DNA of 64,000 nucleotides from Squalus acanthias. Taxonomy: Eukaryota. A model generated the notes under the pieces. That model ran no database searches. It was given only the letters and a program-made list of their open reading frames with translations, and had not been told where the DNA came from. Position numbers and translations under genes: made by a program. Below are positions 38,701-50,819 of this stretch, one piece after another. The DNA lies in assembly GCA_030390025.1 (NCBI GenBank), contig JASTWF010000338.1:310001-374000 (forward strand), given 5' to 3'. Every line of letters begins with the position of its first letter. Position 1 is the first letter of the stretch.

Positions 38701-39666
38701 CGAAGCTTACAGGGAACTATCTCCAAGTTTGCAGACGACATAAAGTTGGGTGGGCGTGTGTGTTGTGAGGAGGATGCAGAGAAACTCCAGTATGATTTGG
38801 ACAAGTTGGGTGATTGGGCAGATGCATGGCAGATGCAGTATAATGTGGATAAATGCGAGGTTATCCACTTTGGTGGCAAAAACAGGAAGGCAGATTATTA
38901 TCTGAACGGCAATAGATTGGGAAAAGGGGAAGTGCAACGGTCCCTGGGGGTCCTTGTGCACCAGTCGTTGAAGGTAAGCATGCAGGTGCAGCAGGCGGTT
39001 AAGAAGGCAAATGGTATATTGGCCTTCATAGCGAGAGGATTCAAGTACAGGGGCAAGGATGTCTTGCTGCAGTTGTACAGGGCCTTGGTGAGACCACACC
39101 TTGAGTATTGTGTGCAGTTTTGGTCGCCTTATCTGAGGAAGGATGTTCTTGCCATGGAGGGAGTGCAGCGAAGATTCACCAGACTGATACCTGGGATGGC
39201 AGGAATGACGTATGAAGAGAGATTGGGTCGATTAGGCTTATATTCGCTAGAGTTTAGAAGAATGAGAGGGATCTCATTGAAACTTATAAAATTCTAACAG
39301 GACTAGACAGACTAGATGCAGGAAGGCTGTTCCCGATGGCGGGGGAGTCCAGAACCAAGGGTCACAGTCTAAGGATAAGGGGTAAGCCATTTAGGACTGA
39401 GAGGAGGAGGAATTTCTTCACCCAGAGAGTGGTGAACCTGTGGAATTCTCTACCACAGAAGGCAGTTGAGGCCAATTCATTAAATATCTTCAAGAAGGAG
39501 TTAGATATATTTCTTAAGGCTAAGGGGATCAAGGGATATGGGGAGAAAGCAGGGACAGGGTACTGAATTTGGATGATCAGTCATGATCACATTGAATGGC
39601 GGAGCAGGCTCGAGGGGCCGAATGGCCTACTCCTGCTCCTATCTTCTATGTTTCTATGTTTCTATG
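35747..39666 (+). mobile_element. CR1-C copy with nested short CR1 tail (36761-37005) and LTR
   Basis: ORFs 35793-36806 and 38620-39297; same 5' junction as 18721. Confidence 0.92.
37281..38711 (-). mobile_element. Solo LTR copy 2 (1431 bp, small internal deletions)
   Basis: Same termini and flanks as 20007-21472. Confidence 0.75.
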
Positions 39667-42600
39667 ACAGTCACTCTCACCTCACCTCTGGAATTCAGCT
39701 CTTTTGTCCATGTTTGGACCAAGGCTGTAATGCGGTCAGGAGCCAAGTGGTCCTGGCGGAAAGCAAACTGGGCATCGGGGAGCAGGTTATTTGTGCTTTG
39801 TTAGTGCCTCGTGATAGCATTGTCGATGGCAGCTTCCATCACTTTGCTGATGATGGAGAGATGGCTGATGGGATGGTAACTGGCTGTCGGATTAGTCCAG
39901 CTTTTTGCGGACTGTCCATACCTGACCAATTTACCACTTTGTCGGGGAGATGCCTGTACGGGAACAGCTTGGCTAGTGGTGCAGCTAGTTCTGGAGCACA
40001 GGTCTTCAGCACTGCAGCCGGATGTTGTCAGAGCCCATAGCCTTTGCTGTATCCAGTGCGCTCTACCGTTCTTGATATCACGTGGAGTGAAGTGAATTAG
40101 CTGAAGACTGGCTTCTGTGATGGTGGGACCTCAGGAGGAGGCCGAGATGCATCATCCACTTGGCACTTGTGACTGAAGATGGTTGCGAAGGCTTCAGCCT
40201 TGTCTTTTTCACTCACGTGCTGTGCTCCACCATCATTGAGGATGTGGATGTTCAAGGAGCCTCCTCCTCCCGTTAATTGTTTAATTGTCCATCACCATTC
40301 CCGACTGGATGTGACAGGACTGCAGAGCTTTGATCTGATCCATTGGGTGTGGGATCGCTTAGCTCTGTCTATAGCACGCTGCCTCCGCTGTTTAACATGC
40401 ATATAGTCCTGTGTTGTAGCTTCACCAAGATGGTTTCTGATTTTCTGATACACTTGGTGCAGCTCCTGGCATGCTCTTCAACACTCCTTATTGAACCAGG
40501 GCTGGTTTGATGGTAATGGTAGAATGAGGGATATGCCGGGCCATGAGTTTACAGATTATGGTGGAATACAATTCTGTTGCTGCTGATGGCCCACAGCGCC
40601 TCATGGATGCCCAGTTTTGAGCTGCTAGATATGTTCTTAATCTATCCCATTTAGCACGGTGGTAGTGCACAGAACATGATGAAGTGGTGTCCTCAGTGAC
40701 TCGGTAGTACCATGATTGACCGAGCTGGCTGAGTCCTGAAGGACATAGCAGCCAGACTGACTCACGGCAGGTGGTGAGAGAGCAAACATGAGCCACTACC
40801 GAGCCACACTTGGTGATGGACATTGATGTTCCCCACCCAGAGTACATTCTGTGCCCCAGCAGCCACAGTGCGCCGGAGGAGGAGGGAGTAAATGTTTAAG
40901 ATGGTGGATGGGGGGCTGATTAAGCGGCCTGCTTTCCCCTGGATTGTGTCAAGCTTCGTGAGTGTTGTTGGAGCTGCAACCGTCCAGGCAAGTGGAGAAT
41001 ATTCCATCGCACTCCTGACTTGTGCCTTGTAGTGGGTGGAAAGGCTTTGGGGAGTTAGGAGGTGGTGAGTCCTTGGACCCCAGCTATTCACAATATACAT
41101 TAATGATCTAGATAAGGGAACTAAATGTAATATCTCCAAGTTTGCAGATGACACAAAGCTGGGCGGGAGTGTGTGCTGCGAGGAGGATACCGAGAAACTC
41201 CAGGATGATTTGGACAGGTTGGGTGATTGGGCAGAAGCGTGGCAGATGCAATATAACGTGGATAAGTGCGAGGTTATCTACTTTGGTGTCAAAAACAGAA
41301 AGGCAGACTATTATCTGAATGGCAATAGATTGGGAGAAGGGGAAGTGCAACGAGACCTGGGTGTCCTTGTGCACCAGTCGCTGAAGGTAAGCATGCAGGT
41401 GCAGCAGGCGGTGAAGAAGGCAAATGGTATGTTGGCCTTCATAGCGAAAGGGTTTGAGTATAGGAACATAGATGTCCTGCTGCAGTTGTACAGGGCCTTG
41501 GTGAGACCACACCTTGAGTACTGTGTGCAGTTTTGGTCGCCTTATCTGAGGAAGGATGTTCTTGCCATGGAAGGAGTTCAGCGAAGATTCACAAGGCTGA
41601 TACCTGGGATGGCAGGAATGACATATGAGGAGAGATTGGGTCGATTAGGCTTATACTCGCTGGAGTATAGAAGAATGAGAGGAGATCTCATCGAAACATA
41701 TAAAATTCTGACAGGTCTGGCCAAACTAGATGCAGGAAGAATGTTCCCGATGGTCGGAGAGTCCAGAAACAGGGGTCATAATCTAAGGATAAGGGGTAAG
41801 CCATTTAGGACAGAAATGAGGAAGAATTTCTTCACCCAGAGAGTAGTGAACCTGTGGATTTCTCTACCACAGAAGGTAGTTGAGGCCAAGTCATTAAATA
41901 TATTCAAGAATGAGTTAGATATATTTCTTAAAGCTAAAGGTATCAAGGGATATGGGGAGAAGGCAGGTACAGGGTACTGAGTTTGGATGATCAGCCATGA
42001 TCTCATCGAATGGCGGTACAGGCTCGAGGGGCCGAATGGCCTACTCCTGCTCCTATCTTCTATGTTTCTATGAGTCACTTGCGCAGAATACCCAACGTCT
42101 GACTAGCTCTTGTAGCCACAGTATTTATTTGGCCGATCTAGTTAAGTTTCTGGTCAATGGTGACCCCCAGGATGTTGATGGTGGTGAATTCAACGATGGT
42201 AATGTCATTGAGTGTCATGGGGAGGTGGGTAGACTCTCTCTTGTTGGAGATGGTCATTGTCTGGCACGTGTGTGGCACAAATGTTACTTGCCACTTATCA
42301 TCCCCAACCTGAATGTTGTCCGGGTTTGCTGCATGTGGACACAGACTGCCTCATTATCTGATGAATTGCGAATGTAACTTGACACTGTGTAATCAGCAGT
42401 GAACATCCCCACTTCTGAAGGTCATTAATAAAGCAGTTGAAGATGTTGGGCTGAGGACACTGTCCTGAGTAACTGCTGCACCGATGACCTGGGGCTGAGA
42501 TGATTGGCCTCCAATAACCACAGGCATCTTCCTTTGTGCTAGATATGACACCATCCAGTGGAGAGTTTTCCCCCAATCACCATTGACTTCAGTTTTACTC

Positions 42601-43627
42601 GGGCTCCTTGGTGCCACACTCGGTCAAATGCTGCCTTGATGTCGAGGACAGTCACTCTCACCTCACCTCTGGAATTCAGCCCTTTTGTCAATGTTTGGAC
42701 CAAGGCTGTAATGAGGTCAGGAGCCAAGTGTTGGCCTTCATTACAAGAGGATTTGAGTACAGGAGCAAGGATATTGAGTTTAGAAGAATGAGAGGGGATC
42801 TCATTGAAACGTATAAAATTCTGACAGGGCTAGACAGACTGGATGCAGGGAGGATGTTTCCCCTGGCTGGGGGGTCTAGAACGAGGGGTCACAGTCTCAG
42901 GATACGGGGTAGTACATTTAGGACTGAGATGAAGAGAAATTTCTTCACTCAGAGGGTGGTGAACCTGTGGAATTCTCTACCACAGAAGGCTGTGGAGGCC
43001 AAGTCACTGAATATATTTAAGAAGGTGATAGATAGATTTCTAGACACAAAAGGCATCAAGGGGTATGGGGAGAGAGCGGAAATATGGTATTGAGATACAG
43101 GATCAGCCATGATCATATTGAATGGCGGAGCAGGCTCGAAGGGCCAAATGGCCTACTCCTGCTGCTATTTTTCTTTGTTTCTTTCTATGTTTCAAGTGGT
43201 CCTGGCGGAAACCAAACTGGGCATCGGTGAGCAGGTTATTTGAGCGTAAGTGCCGCTTGATAGCATTGTCAATGTCAGCTTCCATCACTTTGCTAATGAT
43301 GGGGTGGTAACTGGCTGTTGGATTAGTCCAGCTTTTTCCGGACTGGACATACCTGGCCAATTTACCACTTTGTCGGGTAGATGCCAGTACTGGATCAGCT
43401 TGGCTAGAGGTGCACCTAGTTCTGGAGCACAGGTCTTCAGCTCTGCAGCCGGGATGTTGCCGGGGCCCATAGCCTTTGCTGTATCCAGTGCGCTCTACCG
43501 TTCTTGATATCACGTGGAGTGAAGCAAATTGGCTGAAGACTGGCTTCTGTGATGGTGGTGACCTCAGGAGCAGGCCGAGATGCATCGTCCACTTGGCACT
43601 TGTTGCTGAAGATGGTTGCTGAAGATG

Positions 43628-46600
43628 GAATCAGACTAGGGTCCTGAATTTAAATAAAGGAAACTACGATGGTATGAGGCGCGAATTGGCTAGGATGGAT
43701 TAGGGAACGTTACTTAAAGGGTTGACGGTGGATAGGCATTGGCAAACATTTAAAGATCGCATGGATAAACTACAGAAATTGTTCATCCTTGTTTGGCATA
43801 AAAATAAAACAAAAAAGGTGACTCAACCATGGCTAACAAGGGAAATTAGGGATAGCATAAGATCCAAGGAGAGGACATATAAATTGGCCAGAAAAAGCAG
43901 CAAACCTGAGGATTGGGAGCAGTTTAGGATTCAGCAAAGGAGGACAAAGGGATTAATTAAGAGGGGGAAAATAGAGTATGAGAGTAAGTTTTCAGGGAAC
44001 ATAAAAACTGACTGTAAAAGCTTCTATAGATATGTGAAGAGAAAAAGATTGGTGAAGTCAAGCGTAGGTCCCTTGCAGTCAGAATCAGGGGAATTTATAA
44101 TGGGGAACAAAGAAATGGCAGACCAATTAAATACATACTTTGGTTCTGTCTTCACAAAGGAGGACACAAATAACCTCCCAGAGATGTCGGGGAACATAGG
44201 GTCTAATGAGAGGGAAGAACTGAATGAAATCAGTATTTGTAGGGAAATGGTGTTAGCGAAATTGATGGGATTGAAGGCCGATAAATCCCCAGGGCCTGAT
44301 AATCTACATCCTAGGGTACTTAAGGAAGTGGCGCTAGAAATAGTAGATGCATTGCTGGTCATCTTCCAAAATTCTATAGACTCTGGAACAGTTCCCATGG
44401 ATTGGAGGGTAGCTAATATAACCCCACTATTTAAAAAAGGTGGGAGAGAGAAAATGGGGAATTATAGACTGGTAAGCCTGACCTCAGTAGTGGGGAAAAT
44501 GCTAGAGTCCATTGTAAAAGATGTAATAGCAGAGCACTTGGAAAACAGTGACAGGATCGGACAAAGTCAACATGGATTTACAAAAGGTAAATCATGCTTG
44601 ACTAATCATCTGGAATTTTTTGCTGATGTAACTGGTAGAATAAAGGGAATTAGGGGTTACGGGGAGCGGGCAGGAAATTGGACATGAGGCTGAGTTCGGA
44701 TCGGTCAAGGCCCTGTGGGTGGCGGAGCGGGCCCAGTGGCTGAGTGGCCGGGTCCTGCTCCTACTTCTTGTGTTCTTTAGATTTGAGGTTAGGATCAGAT
44801 CAGCTATGATATTGAATGGCGGAGCAGGCTCGAGGGGCCGATTGGCCTACTCCTGCTCCTATTTCTTATGTTCTTATGTTCTTAATAGATAAGGGAGAAC
44901 CAGTGGATGTGGTGTATTTGGACTTTCAGAAGGCTTTCGATAAGGTCCCGCATAAGAGATTGGCGTGCAAAGTTAAAGCACATGGGATTGTGGGGGTAAG
45001 GTACTGGCTTGGATAGAGAACTGGTTGGCAGACAGGAAGCAAAGAGTTGGAATAAACGGGTCTTTTTCCGAGTGGCAGGCAGTGACTAGTGGGGTACCGC
45101 AGGGATCGGTGCTAGGACCCCAGCTATTCACAATATATATTAATGATCTAGACGAGGGTGTAGGGGGTGGTGTGGTAGGGGTCAGCCTCACCCCTGACTC
45201 AGCGAGCGGTTCGAATCGCTCCCACGCCCCTGGTTCTGGCCCTTGGACTTATTTGGGGGTTGTGAATAAAGATGCAGTAGACAACAGGTTCCAATGAAAG
45301 AATTTTGACTTTTATTAAAAGAAAAGGTAACAAACTTAAAACACACTTAACTCTTAAACAGGTTGGGGAACACACGGTACAGGCGAGGGAGAATGACAAT
45401 ATACAAAAACCCTTATCCCTCCCAAAAATCCCACTATCTAGCTAGGTCTTGGTTTCAGGAGATCAGGGATAATGCTCACCAAACAGGGGTTTTGACAGTG
45501 CGAAATCCAGCCAGGTAAGTTGATTGCGATTTTGAGGTACTCTCTTTTTGTCCTTTGGGGCCTGCCGTCCCCACGTGGTACCAGTCTGTGAAATCTGCGA
45601 TGGTGGTCTGGTCGTCGAGTTTTGTTGCGTTGGAGGCTTGTCGGGGCGGTACCTTCTGGGGCTGGACCGTGGGTTGAGCGATGCCGACTCGCTCCCAGCC
45701 TCCAGTGACCTTGGCTAGTGGCTGCTAGTGCTAGACCGTGTGCTGAGCGATGCCGACTCGCTCCCAGTGGCCTCAGCTCTAGCCCTTGCCTGGCCTAGTC
45801 TGTCCCTGCCTCCGATCTCGCCCCGGGTCTGCCCCGGGGCCTTGCTGCTTCTCTCCACCTCCTGCTCGTGTCGTGTGGCTGGTAGTGTCTTGCTGCAACT
45901 TGCTGCAACTGGAACAGAGCTGAGAGAGACTTTCTTGGGGGATTAGGCCCTCAATTATACTGTTCAGAACCTTTGTCTTTTTCGCGCCAAAACCCCTTTC
46001 CTAAATCGGTTTCGTGTTGAAGTGATTTAGGTTTCAGTTGAGGCCTGTTCATTCCATTGTCTTAGTTTTGCGGGCTTGTTAAGTTTTGATGGTTTTAACT
46101 TGGTGTTAAATTGTCCTGATGGCTCCCGATGTCTCCCATTTAGGCAGGGCCTTTATCTACGTGCCAAATCTTGTCCCTATAGATACCTGGCTGATTGGTT
46201 TTTGATGAAGTAATGGCTGTACGAGATGTTTTATTGTTTACAGGCTTCTGGCATCCTGTTTGGGCCTGGGGATATTCAAAAGGTGTCTTGAATTATTCAA
46301 TTTTGGATGTGTTGTGAGGTTTTGGGTGAGGTTCTTCCTCCTGCCTGGATTGCAGTGCAAACAAATTCCAGACAGCTTGACACCAAAAGTTGTCCACTGC
46401 CTCGCCACACCCCTTCACAAAGGTGTTTTTTTTTCCATAGTCATTTTCAAAAGTCATTTTTCCTCAGGTTTTTTTCTTCCCTGATCTTTAAAATGTCCAA
46501 AACTGAGGTTTTTACCTCAAATTACTTCACTTATGTCCCATCATCCCAAATTCGTAGGAAAAATCCAAAAATCACCCCTTTTAGGGTTCGATACGAGTTT

Positions 46601-47027
46601 CTGGGGAATTTTGCGAAGCTTACAGGGAACTAGATGTAATATCTCCAAGTTTGCAGACGACACAAAGTTGGGTGGGCGTGTGTGTTGTGAGGAGGATGCA
46701 GAGAAACTCAAGTATGATTTGGACAAGTTGGGTGATTGGGCAGGTGCATGGCAGATGCAGTATAATGTGGACAAATGCGAGGTTATCCACTTTGGTGGCA
46801 AAAACAGGAAGGCAGATTATTATCTGAACAGCAATAGATTGGGAAAAGGGGAAGTGCAACGGTCCCTGGGGGTCCTTGTGCACCAGTCGTTGAATGTAAG
46901 CATGCAGGTGCAGCAGGCGGTTAAGAAGGCAAATGGTATATTGGCCTTCATAGCGAGAGGATTCAAGTACAGGGGCAAGGATGTCTTGCTGCAGTTGTAC
47001 AGGGCCTTGGTGAGACCACACCTTGAG
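43628..47027 (+). mobile_element. CR1-C copy with nested short CR1 tail (44642-44883) and LTR, 3'-truncated at the array end
   Basis: ORFs 43722-44687 and 46533-47219; CR1 similarity stops at cttgagt 47027. Confidence 0.92.
45159..46624 (-). mobile_element. Solo LTR copy 3 (1466 bp)
   Basis: Same termini and flanks as 20007-21472. Confidence 0.75.
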
Positions 47028-47071
47028 TGTCGCTGTGTCGGACTCGGCCCAAACCGCCGTCCCGTGTGCGC

Positions 47072-47121
47072 ATGCGCGGACTCTCGTCTGTCAATCAACC
47101 ATCAGCCAGAAGAGGTCGCTG
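47072..47121 (+). CDS. Candidate coding exon 1 of zinc-finger gene ZNF-1 (MRGLSSVNQPSARRGR)
   Basis: CpG-rich patch, ATG inside TGCGCATGCGC, donor CTG|GTGAGA in phase 2 matching the phase-2 acceptor at 50819/50820. Confidence 0.4.
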
Positions 47122-47500
47122 GTGAGACCAGTGAAGAAAGAAAGACTTGCATTTATGTAGCGCCTTTCACCACCACCGGACGTCCCAAAGCGCTTTACAG
47201 CCAATTAAGTACTTTTTGAAGTGTAGTCAGTGTTGTAATGTAAGAAACGCGGCAGTCGATTAGCGCAGAGCAAGCTCCCACAAACAGCAATGTGATAATG
47301 ACCAGATAATCTATCATTTTGTTATGTTAACATTGGCTCGGACACCGGGGATAATTCCCCTGCTCTTTCCCACATTACAACAGTGACAACACCTCAAAAG
47401 TACAATAGCAAAATACTGCGGATGCTGGAAATCTGAAATAACAACAGAAAATGCTGGAAATACTCAGCAGGCCAGGCAGCATCTGTGGAGAGAGAAACAG

Positions 47501-47537
47501 AGTTAACGTTTCAGGTCTGGGACCCTTCATCAGAACT
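47501..47537 (-). ncRNA. Minimal hammerhead ribozyme motif in Penelope pLTR
   Basis: agtt-CTGATGA-agggtcccagacct-GAAA-cgtt-aact. Confidence 0.78.
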
Positions 47538-48029
47538 GGAAAAAGCTGGAGATGTAACATATTAAGCAGGTGCAGAGACAGGGGGTGGGGGTTTTAGGAG
47601 GGGAGGAAGGAGTTGAAAGAATATACTGTGCTTATGTAAGAGGCAGGAAAGATAAAATGTTGCAAATGGGGATGGCAAAATCATACAGCATGAAAAATGG
47701 GGGCAGGGATTATGATCTGAAATTGTTGAACTCAATGTTGAGTCCAGAAGGCTATAAAGTGCCTTATCGAAAGATGAGGTGCTGTTCCTCGAGCTTACGT
47801 TGAGCTTCATTGGAACAATGTAATAGGCCGAGGACAGAGAGATCAGAGTGGGAATGGAACGGTGAATTAAAGTAACAGGCGACCGGAAGCTCAGGGTCAC
47901 CCTTACTGACTGAACGGAGGTGTTCCGCAAAGCGGTCACCCAATCTGCGTTTGGTCTCCCCAATGTAGAGGAGACCGCATCGTGAGCAGCGAATACAGCA
48001 TACTAAATTGCAAGAAGTACAAGTAAATC

Positions 48030-49752
48030 TTGTGGCTAAGTAAAGAAATTAAGGATAGTATCCAACTAAAAACAAGGACATATAAGGTAGCCAAACTTAG
48101 TGGGAGGATAGAAGATTGGGAAGTCTTCAATTGACAGCAAAAAGTAACTAAAGGATTGATTAAGAAAGGGAAGATAGATTATGAAAATAAATTAGCAAAA
48201 AATATAAAAACAGATAGCAAGAGTTTCTATAGTTATATAAAAAGAAAAAGGGTGGCTAAGGCAAACGTAGGTCCCTTAGAGGATGAGACCGGGAAATTAA
48301 TGGTGGGAAACATGGAGATGGCAAAAATGCTGAACAAATATTTTGTTTCAGTCTTTACGGTAGAGGACACTAAGAATATCCCAACACTGGACAAACAGGG
48401 GGCTCTAGGGGGGGAGGAGCTAAATACGATTAAAATCACTAAGGAATTGGTACTCAGTAAAATAATGGGACTCAAGGCGGATAAATCCCCTGGACCTGAT
48501 GGCTTACATCCTAGGGTCTTGAGGGAAGTGGCAATAGGGATTGTGGATGCTTTGGTAATAATTTTCCAAAATTCCCTGGACTCAGCAAAGGTCCCGGCAG
48601 ATTGGAAAACTGCTAATGTAACACCCTTATTTAAAAAGGGTAGTAGGCAGAAAGCTGGAAATTATAGACCAGTTAGTCTAACATCTGTGGTGGGTAAAAT
48701 TTTGGAGTCTATTATTAAGGAGACAGTAACGGAACATTTAGATAAACATAATTTGATAGGACAAAGTCAGCATGGCTTTATGAAGGGGAAATCATGTCTG
48801 ACAAATTTGCTTGAGTTCTTTGAGGACATAACGTACAGGGTGGATAAAGGGGAACCAATGGACGTAGTGTATTTAGACTTCCAGAAGGCATTCGACAAGG
48901 TGCCACATAAAAGATTATTGCTCAAGATAAAAAATCACTGGATTGGGGGTAATAATCTGGCATGGGTGGAGGATTGGTTATCTAACAGGAAGCAAAGAGT
49001 TGGGATAAATGGTTCATTCTCGGACTGGCAACCAGTAGCCAGTGGTGTTCCGCAGGGGTCGGTGCTGGGTCCCCAACTCTTTACAATCTATATTAACGAT
49101 TTGGAGGAGGGGACCGAGTGTAACATATAAGAAAATACATACTTGCTCTCGAGGCAGTACAAAGAAGGTTCACTCGGTTAATCCCCGGGATGAGGGGGTG
49201 GACATATGAGGAGAGGTTGAGTAGATTGGGACTCTACTCATTGGAGTTCAGAAGAGTGAGAGGCGATCTTATTGAAACATATAAGATTGTGAAGGGGCTT
49301 GATCGGGTGGATGCGGTAAGGATGTTCCCAAGGATGGGTGAAACTAGAACTAGGGGGCATAATCTTAGAATAAGGGGCTGCTCTTTCAAAACTGAGATGA
49401 GGAGAAACTTCTTCACTCAGAGGGTAGTAGGTCTGTGGAATTTGCTGCCCCAGGAAGCTGTGGAAGTTACATCATTAAATAAATTTAAAACAGAAATAGA
49501 CAGTTTCCTAGAAGTAAAGGGAATTAGGGGTTACGGGGAGCGGGCAGGAAATTGGACATGAGGCTGAGTTCGGATCGGTCGAGGCCCTGTGGGTGGCGGA
49601 GCGGGCCCAGGGGCTGAGTGGCCGGGTCCTGCTCCTACTTCTTGTGTTCTTTAGATTTGAGGTGAGGATCAGATCAGCCATGATCTTATTGAATGGCGGA
49701 GCAGGCTCGAAGGGCCGATTGGCCTACTCCTGCTCCTATTTCTTATGTTCTT
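48030..49752 (+). mobile_element. CR1 LINE, 5'-truncated, internal deletion at ~49128, duplicated 3' UTR
   Basis: ORFs 48156-49130 and 49190-49561; TAAATC repeated at both ends. Confidence 0.93.
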
Positions 49753-50271
49753 AAATCGCTGTTTCACCTGGAAGGGGTGTTTGGGACCCTGGACAGTGGG
49801 AAGGGAGGAGGTAAAAGGGCATGTGTTGCATCTCCTGCGCTTGCACGGGAAGGTGCCGGGCGAAGGAGAAGGGCTGTTAGGGGTGATTGAGGAGTGGACC
49901 AGGGTGTCGCGGAGGGAGTGGTCCCTTCGGAATGCTGAAAGGGGAGGTGAGGGGAAAAGTACTTCATTGGCTGTAAAGCACTTCACGACATCTGGTGGTC
50001 ATGAAAGCACTGTATAAATGCAAGTCTTTCTTTCTCGAAATAGTGTCATGGGATCTTTTACATCTTCCTGAGAGAGCAGACAGGGCCTCAGTTTAATGTC
50101 TCATCCAAAAAACGGCACCTCCGACAGTGCCGCACTCCCTCAGCACTGCACTGGAGTGTCAGCCTAGATTCCTGTGCTCAAGTCTCTGGAGTGGGATTTG
50201 AACCCACAACTTTCTGACTCAGAGGTGAGAGTACTACCAACTGAGCCACTGGCTGACACTAACGAACAAGC

Positions 50272-50308
50272 AGTTCTGACGAAAGGTCATTGACCTGAAA
50301 CGTTAACT
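50272..50308 (+). ncRNA. Minimal hammerhead ribozyme motif in a Penelope pLTR fragment (to ~50372)
   Basis: agtt-CTGACGA-a-aggtc/att/gacct-GAAA-cgtt-aact. Confidence 0.78.
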
Positions 50309-50399
50309 CTGTTTCTCTCTCCACAGATGCTGCCTGACCTGCTGAGTATTTCCAGCAGTTTCTGTTTTTATTAAAGAAACGAGGGAGTGATTGCTGACA

Positions 50400-50700
50400 G
50401 GAAGAATGTTGGGTCGTCCTGCGCATGCGCACCTCCCTGGCGGCTGAGGCGAAACACTGACTCGCCCCCACCTGAGCCGCGCACACGTACCAGATGTTGC
50501 GGCTCCGCATGCGCGCCCGATGTTCCAACCGCGGGGTTTTGTGCGCTGAGCATGCGCGTTGTGGACCGATCGGGACGGGCGATTGTGGAGCAGGAGGGAG
50601 AGCGCGGGGGCCATGAGCACATGGGCGGGACTCAGAGTCAACAGAGCGCTTTGTGGAGCGCCGGGGCTTGTGGGTATTGCAGCCGCCATTACTGCTGATC
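50400..50700. promoter_or_regulatory. CpG island with NRF1-like and YY1-like motifs upstream of the ZNF-1 finger exon
   Basis: TGCGCATGCGCA at ~50420, further GCATGCGC at ~50507 and ~50550, GCCGCCAT at ~50682. Confidence 0.65.
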
Positions 50701-50819
50701 CTTTCAACCAACCTGTGCAGCAGCTGGAGCCTGAAAATCAGCTTCACTGCCCCGAGGTTCAGAAAGGGGAAAATTAAACAACAGTTTGCCTCTGATCTTT
50801 TTCTGAACTCATTATACAG

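Larger units (their letters stand above)
16460..47027. repeat. Complex tandem array of a LINE-A internal fragment (minus strand) with nested, co-duplicated CR1, LTR and MITE-like insertions
   Basis: Identical junctions recur: LTR at 20007/37281/45159, MITE-like at 25811/29515, CR1-B at 17631/34655/42731, RT-to-endonuclease fusion at ~25315/29018/33787/40857. Confidence 0.92.
47404..49954 (-). mobile_element. Penelope-like element 3' part: GIY-YIG endonuclease region and pLTR (47404-48030 plus 49757-49954)
   Basis: Joined translation TFPCKRRRCNTCPF...QVKQRF/TCTSCNLVCCIRCSRCGLLYIGETKRRLGDRFAEHLRS...PSGLN with stops; AAAAGTAC TSD at 47396 and 49955. Confidence 0.9.
47136..50259 (-). mobile_element. 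Deu SINE (47136-47368 plus 50035-50259) split by a plus-strand SINE tail, a Penelope element and a CR1
   Basis: The two halves join into a copy like 11625-12070. Confidence 0.85.

Noticed and set aside
50653..50819. N-terminal signal-like extension of the 469-aa ORF
   Set aside because: Starts at GTG and reads through a pyrimidine tract and acceptor conserved in all four paralogues; probably intronic
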